IMG/VR virus record: IMGVR_UViG_2667527582_000006
Length of the DNA: 20,040 nt
Direction: 5' to 3' (one strand)
From: a virus
Taxonomy: Duplodnaviria > Heunggongvirae > Uroviricota > Caudoviricetes
The notes below the pieces were generated by a model. It searched no databases. It saw only the letters and a program-made list of their open reading frames with translations, and was not told the DNA's origin. The translations under genes were made by a program, and so were the position numbers. Positions 14,119 to 20,040 of this stretch are shown here, one piece after another; position 1 is the stretch's first letter; every line of letters begins with the position of its first letter.

Positions 14119-14458
14119 ATATGTCTTTCCGAGAGAATACCGGCGGCAGCGAGCATCGTTAATTTTAGCTACAAAAGCTGTCCGGAGATGGCGGGTCAAG
14201 ATCAGTCGGAAGATCTCTAAAAGTGGATGGGCCGTTTTGCTGGGATTCTTAGATTGGCAAAAAAGTGGTGAAGCCATCAGATAGGAAGTGGATGGCGCAG
14301 TATTCAGTCTAACACTGAGGAATATTGTGATAATGAAAAGGCTACATATGTAGTGATGTGATTTACTCCCATAGCAAACGCAAACTGTGGCAGTATTACA
14401 TTGGCTGCTTCAGGAAAGGGGGCATCACATCACGACATTTTCTTCCACTGCAGGGTCA

Positions 14459-15775
14459 TTAGCCTGCTGTTCGCTCCAGACCCTGGTTCTTACCAGCCAG
14501 TATTTCGGCTTTTTTCATAGTTTCGACCAACTGTTCCGAGACAGCACGGATGACATTCATGCAGACAGAGTTGCCAAATTGCTTGTAGATCTGGCCCTGT
14601 GAAACAGCATCGACGATGTAGTCGTCAGGGAATCCCTGTAGACGTGCACATTCGCGCGGAGTTAGCTTGCGTGGGTTCCTACCCAAATGTGACTGGTCAA
14701 TCAGGATTTCGGAGCCGTCCTTGTAATAACGTGCACTGATGGTATTAGTGTATTCGCTGTCCTTGTTGAAAAGAGAATAGCCGAAACCGTTACCTTTCTT
14801 TTCGTGTTCCAGTTTCCGTTTCTGGTGGCCTATCCACAGTCTATCCGAGATGGTATATCTGTCTTGTGATAGAGGCAGACGATCGAGGTCTTCCAGAATG
14901 TCACCAACACGGGTCGGAGTCATAGGAGGTACCGGCCATCTGAATACACTGTCGAAATCCACGCCCCTATAATAGTCACGGTCAAAACCAACGATGAAAA
15001 TACGTTCACGGTTCTGGGGGGCACCGAAGTCACCTGCACGCAGTACACGGTAATCAACCCAGTAATTGAGTTTTTCGGACAGAGCATTGCGGGCATCCTC
15101 ACTAATCGGGATATCGTCCGGAACGGAATGGGTTCCATTGCCCCGCAGGATATCGAGAATGGTTTTCAGGGTACGACCCTTATCATGTCCCTGCAGTTGC
15201 TTGACATTTTCCAACATGAATGCCTTTGGACGCTTGGCTGTCATTATCCGCTGAATTTCGAAGAACATGGTTCCACGGGTATCGCTGAAACCTTTTTTCA
15301 AACCGGCCTGTGAAAAAGCCTGGCATGGAAATCCGCCAAGCAGTACATCGTGATCAGGAATGTCGGATGCCGGAATTCTAGTGATGTCACCTTGGGGCAT
15401 TTCGCCGAAATTCGTTAGATAGGTCTTCTGGGAGAACTTGTCCCATTCGGATGAGAATACACAGTGCCCTCCCTGCTGCTGATAAGGAAGACGAATACCT
15501 CCGATACCAGCAAACAGATCGATGAAGGTGAAATTGCATTCATTTTCAGGCTTCTGGCGGAAAGGTGCGTTTTCCAGATATTCAGTCATCTTCTTTTCCA
15601 CATCGAGAATGGCCTGCCATTTGGCGGAAGACGGTTCATGTTCCTCTTCTTCCCATCCTCGGACTGTACGTTCTCCGGTGGCACCGAGTCCGAGAAGATT
15701 GGCAAATTCGGTGCGACCTATGCCTAATTTTTTTCTCATATTTTTGATATATTGGAATTTATTCTTACTGTCCAT
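14459..15775 (-). CDS. DNA (cytosine-5)-methyltransferase, Dcm/EcoRII/SsoII family, with N-terminal HTH regulatory extension
   Basis: Motif I FIDLFAGIGG, motif IV GGFPCQAFS, ENV, QNRERIFIVG, TISARYYKDGSEILID, TPRECARLQGFPDDY; N-terminal GIGRTEFANLLGLGATGERTVRGWEEEE HTH-like segment. Confidence 0.9.
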   Translation of the reverse strand: MDSKNKFQYIKNMRKKLGIGRTEFANLLGLGATGERTVRGWEEEEHEPSSAKWQAILDVEKKMTEYLENAPFRQKPENECNFTFIDLFAGIGGIRLPYQQQGGHCVFSSEWDKFSQKTYLTNFGEMPQGDITRIPASDIPDHDVLLGGFPCQAFSQAGLKKGFSDTRGTMFFEIQRIMTAKRPKAFMLENVKQLQGHDKGRTLKTILDILRGNGTHSVPDDIPISEDARNALSEKLNYWVDYRVLRAGDFGAPQNRERIFIVGFDRDYYRGVDFDSVFRWPVPPMTPTRVGDILEDLDRLPLSQDRYTISDRLWIGHQKRKLEHEKKGNGFGYSLFNKDSEYTNTISARYYKDGSEILIDQSHLGRNPRKLTPRECARLQGFPDDYIVDAVSQGQIYKQFGNSVCMNVIRAVSEQLVETMKKAEILAGKNQGLERTAG

Positions 15776-15887
15776 CCCATGCTCACCTTATCCGGTTTTA
15801 TTCCCGGCGATAGTATCACTGTACGGATGATCAATCAATGAGGGGGTCTCATGTCTATCGACATTTCTGGGCATAGTCCGAATCTTT

Positions 15888-17162
15888 TCAGACTGTAAAA
15901 ATTTCGCGGGTCAGTTCTACCAGCTTTTCTCCTGTTGAATACAGCCGAAGTAGTTCTAGGGGATCCTGGTAATGGCAATGAATCGGCGGATATTCGGACA
16001 GACAGTCAGCTTCTGTAACCAGAACCTTTCCCCTTTCCGCAACATGGACAGCCCTGAGTGGCTTTTCTGTTCCAGGAAAAATGAAATGGTTTGTGATGTG
16101 GGTACCGACCGGCACTAGGTAAGAAAGCGCCTTCTGGTAGAAAAACTGTTTTACCAGATCCGGCCAACCAGGAGCACTATCCGGTGTCTTCGCATCATAG
16201 TATTTGGCATCTATGATCGCGACGTGCGTTTTTTCTGCATTGTGGAGAACCGTATCCGTTCTCTGGCTCTTGTTGGCAACGGGAACAAACCTGTCACTGC
16301 CGGCCCGATACACGGGAATAGGCAATTTATTGTTAACTCGGTATTTACCCACCAAGCATTCATCCAGCATGGCTTCCCACAGACTGTGAAACTTCCTGAC
16401 ACCGATAAGAACCCCGCCATTCCGCATTCCTCTCCCTGTTTCAAGATACATGATCAGTCTCCGCAAAAGGAAAATATCCCTTTCGGAATAGCTGAACTGC
16501 AGTTCTCTTCTTAGGTGTACAACCCATGAGAAAACATTTCCCTCAGGACGCGGAACATTCTGCAGTCGTTCAGGAGTGCCCTGACTGCCTGTCCAGAGCA
16601 TTCCGTATACCGGATAGAGCTCCCTCATTACAGAGGCATGAATCTTTGCTGTCTCGCTATCGGTGAGGTAGCGCGAACGTGTGGTTACAGGATCGATATA
16701 TACAGGCCCAGATGGGCTAGTATAGGCAGTCCCTCGGGCAATTGTCTCCGGCCATACAACTTTTCCGGAGTTGGTTGTATCGACTCTAATCCGGCGGACA
16801 TAGAGACCATTCGTCTGATAGTCGTCAATCAGTGCAGTTGCCAACGACAGGGATTCACCACCGATAAGTCCGGTTCCTGCATCCCCATCAAAAACACCGG
16901 TGTCTCTATCTCGGTAGAATTTCAGGAGTGAGCGGAGCAGATAATGTGCTGAAAGAGCCTGCGATTCACGAGAAGAACTGTTATTTCGTGGCAGAAATAC
17001 AGCCAGACCTCCACTGAAAGACATGACTCCACAGAAATGGATTTTCTGCATGTCGGGGGCCAGCAGCCCCCTGTTTCTCAGCTCATCGAGCACGGTCGCA
17101 GGAATACTGCGATCGGTGACAGGTGTCCTGTCTGAAAGATACAGAATATCAGCTGGCAACAT
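15888..17162 (-). CDS. McrC-like PD-(D/E)xK nuclease subunit
   Basis: 424 aa; C-terminal HVAIIDAKYY matching the (D/E)xK catalytic core; start overlaps the upstream AAA+ gene by 14 nt. Confidence 0.7.
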   Translation of the reverse strand: MLPADILYLSDRTPVTDRSIPATVLDELRNRGLLAPDMQKIHFCGVMSFSGGLAVFLPRNNSSSRESQALSAHYLLRSLLKFYRDRDTGVFDGDAGTGLIGGESLSLATALIDDYQTNGLYVRRIRVDTTNSGKVVWPETIARGTAYTSPSGPVYIDPVTTRSRYLTDSETAKIHASVMRELYPVYGMLWTGSQGTPERLQNVPRPEGNVFSWVVHLRRELQFSYSERDIFLLRRLIMYLETGRGMRNGGVLIGVRKFHSLWEAMLDECLVGKYRVNNKLPIPVYRAGSDRFVPVANKSQRTDTVLHNAEKTHVAIIDAKYYDAKTPDSAPGWPDLVKQFFYQKALSYLVPVGTHITNHFIFPGTEKPLRAVHVAERGKVLVTEADCLSEYPPIHCHYQDPLELLRLYSTGEKLVELTREIFTV

Positions 17163-19089
17163 CTTGCGGATCCCTGTTCATGTCAACAGGAGTGCCCACC
17201 CCTTCAAGTCTGTTCTCTACGGCAGTGGAGAAAACAGCCATGTCATTGCGAAATGCTGCAGATAGGTTGCCGAACGTTCTGAAGGTAGACGCAAATATTT
17301 TCTGGTGTCCGACATGTCTCAGCACATCATCCCACAAATAGATGAACAGTTTTCCGCCAAGGGCAGCTTTCGCTGCTTCCCTATTTTCCAGTTCTTTAGA
17401 ATCTAGGAAAAACGGGCCGATCAGACGATCCTCTGCTATTTCACATTCGACAAGGGTGTCATTAATAATTTGAGCAAAATCGCGCCAGAGTACCGAATAT
17501 TTTCCTGAATTGGTGGTGAAAACGATTTCGGTTTGTGGGATCTCCGGTTTTGATAAATCGATTGGTAGATATTCGAAATTCCAGCGCCGTTTGAATGCAG
17601 TATCCAGCGGCATAACTGCCTGATCACTGCTGTTCATGGTAGCCAGTAGAGACATATTGGACGGGATCCGTAAGCTATCGACAGGAGTACATCCCATAGT
17701 ACCTAGTTCCGTATTTATATACTCGATCATATCCGGATCAGTGGCATTGATGCTGTAGGTACTCGTTCCATCAGGCTCCCTGTCTAGAAGCTGGAAAAGC
17801 TCGCCGAAGACAGCTGCAGCAGAAGCACGGTTGATTTCTTCGATAATGAGACAGACCTTTCTGTCTGGACGAGCAATGGCCAGTATGAGTGCGCAGGTAA
17901 AGGGGCCTGGTCTGAAACTGTAGGTTATGCTGCTTTCTCCCTGTTCATTCTTTTCCATTTTAGGCTTCAGGGCACCGACAAAATCGTTATGCTGAGTATC
18001 AGGATGGAAAACTGTGACAATCTTTTCTGCACCGTCACTCATTTCACCATGGACCCTGTAGCTTTTTCCCGTACCGGGTGCCCCATAGAAGATTCTGTTC
18101 GTTCCACCGGTCACTCTAGGTCCGGATACGGAGGCTCTGGTCGATGACTCGAAAAAGAACTTGCCCTCTCTGTTCCGGATACTCATCCCCAGCCATAAAC
18201 CGGAAACCAGAACCGATATTTTTTCAAGTGAATCGGGAGTATCCAAGAGACCCTTTCTGATGAAAATATATTTCTCCAGCGGAACAGAAAAATGGACGGG
18301 ATTCTGGACATACAGCGCATTGCCGGGTTCCCTGGATGGGCGGAGAAGAAATGCCCTGTCTATATCATTCCATGAAACAAATTCGGCATCGGGGTCAGTC
18401 CCCAGTAAAGGCTCAAACTGACCGGACCAGCCAATGGTTGTCATTATTCTGAACAGCAGTTCATCCCCATCAGGAACACTGAACATATAAGGAAGACTGG
18501 GCATATATCTCCTTTGAAGGTAATCATATGTTTCTTGAGAACGCACCAGATCAAGAATCAGGGTACCGAGTGTTTCCGAGCTTACATTCGGGACCGGCAA
18601 TGATGCCAGCAAGACCGATTTGACAAAATCATCGGATTGCCTATAACTCTTTTTCCCAGTTTTTGAGCTCGTGTTTATTAGATTTTTTGCCTCAAGTCTT
18701 GTTCTGGGATCTTTGAAAGCCCAGAAAAAGTTACTGCGGCTGTAGATGTCCAGCGAAACGAGCGCCTGCTCGTTTGACGTTCCGCTTTCGATCATTGCTT
18801 CGAATTCTGCCGGAAACATATTTTTTTTGATTTCTTCGAATACAGAGATGTAGTTGTCCAGTAGTCTTACAAATGGCCCAATCTTTAGCATATACATCAG
18901 ATACTGGCATGGTATATAACAGTGATACCCGCTTCCAGTTTTCATCCGTGCTGTATGGTCCAGCAATGTCAGTCCGGTTGTTGATAGAACCGTTCTTGTT
19001 TCATCATCGAATCCGATCTCATCGAATTGCCATGCCGATTCAGGTTCATTTTTGAACCAGTTCATCACCATATCCAGTTCTGAAAGCAT
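17149..19089 (-). CDS. McrB-like AAA+ (AAA_5) NTPase with about 330-aa uncharacterised N-terminal domain
   Basis: Walker A GAPGTGKS; Walker B/McrB signature LIIEEINRASAAAVFGELFQLLDR; NxxD-like MNSSD; N-terminal 330 aa without recognisable motif. Confidence 0.75.
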   Translation of the reverse strand: MLSELDMVMNWFKNEPESAWQFDEIGFDDETRTVLSTTGLTLLDHTARMKTGSGYHCYIPCQYLMYMLKIGPFVRLLDNYISVFEEIKKNMFPAEFEAMIESGTSNEQALVSLDIYSRSNFFWAFKDPRTRLEAKNLINTSSKTGKKSYRQSDDFVKSVLLASLPVPNVSSETLGTLILDLVRSQETYDYLQRRYMPSLPYMFSVPDGDELLFRIMTTIGWSGQFEPLLGTDPDAEFVSWNDIDRAFLLRPSREPGNALYVQNPVHFSVPLEKYIFIRKGLLDTPDSLEKISVLVSGLWLGMSIRNREGKFFFESSTRASVSGPRVTGGTNRIFYGAPGTGKSYRVHGEMSDGAEKIVTVFHPDTQHNDFVGALKPKMEKNEQGESSITYSFRPGPFTCALILAIARPDRKVCLIIEEINRASAAAVFGELFQLLDREPDGTSTYSINATDPDMIEYINTELGTMGCTPVDSLRIPSNMSLLATMNSSDQAVMPLDTAFKRRWNFEYLPIDLSKPEIPQTEIVFTTNSGKYSVLWRDFAQIINDTLVECEIAEDRLIGPFFLDSKELENREAAKAALGGKLFIYLWDDVLRHVGHQKIFASTFRTFGNLSAAFRNDMAVFSTAVENRLEGVGTPVDMNRDPQDVAS

Positions 19090-19116
19090 ACTTGTCCCGT
19101 CCTTGCATGAGAAAAA

Positions 19117-20040
19117 TTAGTCATACTTGATCCAGAGATTTCTGGATATTGTCTGTCGCATGTTTTCAATAAATTTCTTGTTCTGGTCCGAAAACTGAGA
19201 GTTTTCATACTGCCCCATAAAAAACAGCAATTCGGCCAGTGCACAGCCCTGGTCTTTCGCCTGATTTTTCATCACGGGATGTTCAGTATTGATGGTAATG
19301 AAATGATCGTCCCCGTAACCAGGTTCCCACAATGAACCGTCGGCTGTTTTACCGAAACGAATATCGATGTCGTCAGGAGCAGTCATCATTACCCTAAATC
19401 TAGGCAGATTGCCGCTTTTTCCAGAAAACAGGAGCCTAAATTCGAGTAGGGCATTGAATATGATAGCCAAGGCATCACTGAAACCTGAACGGTAAATATT
19501 ATAACGGTCGGCAATGATATTACCGAACATGTCAGTATTGTCCTGCCCGATGGTGTCACATCCCTGAATGTTGTTCACCAGATCCTTTACCGGACTCGGC
19601 ATGAATAGACGGGCATACTTTTTCCCTTGGTGAGCAAGCGATTTTGCGATCCTATCACCGGAAAACCTGAACTCTGAAAGGCCCAGAAGCTCCGCGATTT
19701 CATATATCATACGGACAATTCTGCAATTTTCAGGCAGATGTTCATCCACCCACGTGGACAGTGCTGGTATTTCCGCTTTAAGCTTGTCGGTTGGAAGATT
19801 TGTCACTTCCAGCCCGAAGGTACTCTCGAATGACTCTTTTTCGCTGAAAACGGCAGCGCTTGCTGCTACCTGATAAACAAAATCTGCAATTATCAGATCT
19901 GATTCATCGAATATTCGATTGAACAGGTCAATCGGCAACGGAATCCTGTTCTGCCAGAAAATCAGTCCATCTACCCTGTAACTGTGGTTTTTGTCGTAAA
20001 GGTAACGTTTGAAATCGGCCAGATCGTATTCATAATTCAT
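19117..20040 (-). CDS. Hypothetical protein (307 aa), first gene of the McrBC-like/MTase cluster
   Basis: ORF begins with ATG exactly at the window edge and ends 27 nt upstream of the McrB-like start; no motif recognised. Confidence 0.5.
   Translation of the reverse strand: MNYEYDLADFKRYLYDKNHSYRVDGLIFWQNRIPLPIDLFNRIFDESDLIIADFVYQVAASAAVFSEKESFESTFGLEVTNLPTDKLKAEIPALSTWVDEHLPENCRIVRMIYEIAELLGLSEFRFSGDRIAKSLAHQGKKYARLFMPSPVKDLVNNIQGCDTIGQDNTDMFGNIIADRYNIYRSGFSDALAIIFNALLEFRLLFSGKSGNLPRFRVMMTAPDDIDIRFGKTADGSLWEPGYGDDHFITINTEHPVMKNQAKDQGCALAELLFFMGQYENSQFSDQNKKFIENMRQTISRNLWIKYD

Larger units (their letters stand above)
2..20040. other. Composite region: lambdoid prophage segment (2-12459), 10-N gap, then integrase-associated island (12470-20040)
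   Basis: Gene content and order on each side of the N run; abrupt truncation of the Q-like ORF at the gap. Confidence 0.6.
12470..20040. mobile_element. Integrase-associated genomic island carrying a restriction-modification/defence gene cluster (extends beyond the window)
   Basis: P4-type integrase at the left edge followed by the MTase/McrBC-like cargo operon. Confidence 0.5.

Noticed and set aside
14077-14277. Small ORFs in the integrase/MTase intergenic region (plus-strand ~47 codons from 14077; minus-strand 14089..14277)
   Set aside because: They overlap the GC-rich hairpin; composition unconvincing; no conservation evidence available.
14387-19055. Plus-strand ORFs inside the MTase and McrBC-like genes (for example 14387..14602, 15464..15830, 16204..16514, 16638..16931, 17023..17341, 18161..18421, 18873..19055)
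   Set aside because: Antisense to motif-supported long ORFs; no independent support.
1-20040. CRISPR arrays and insertion sequences
   Set aside because: No regularly spaced direct repeats with unique spacers and no transposase-like ORF or terminal inverted repeats were seen; the only periodic repeats are the replication iterons.

Overview
The window has two parts separated by a 10-N assembly gap at 12460-12469. Left part (2-12459): a lambdoid, Qin/Dic-type E. coli prophage segment. On the minus strand it carries integrase, an excisionase-like gene, an intact 3'-5' exonuclease-fusion gene (RecE-related), ydfD, dicB, the DicF sRNA, ydfC/ydfB/ydfA and a CI-like repressor. On the plus strand it carries Cro-like and CII/YdaT-like genes, an O-like replication initiator with internal iterons, several small unknown genes, an AT-rich moron with a small membrane protein, a hok/sok-type type I toxin locus (HokD/RelF-like), a DUF968 ydfU-like gene, and the first 15 codons of a Q antiterminator cut by the gap. 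Right part (12470-20040): a P4-type integrase followed by a convergent, tightly packed minus-strand cluster of an unknown 307-aa protein, a McrB-like AAA+ NTPase with a long novel N-terminus, a McrC-like PD-(D/E)xK nuclease, and an HTH-fused Dcm/SsoII-family C5-cytosine methyltransferase. This cluster is the best candidate for an undescribed restriction/defence system. All identifications rest on reading the supplied translations and sequence and on recalled family motifs; no database search was run. Manually placed small features may be off by 1-2 nt.
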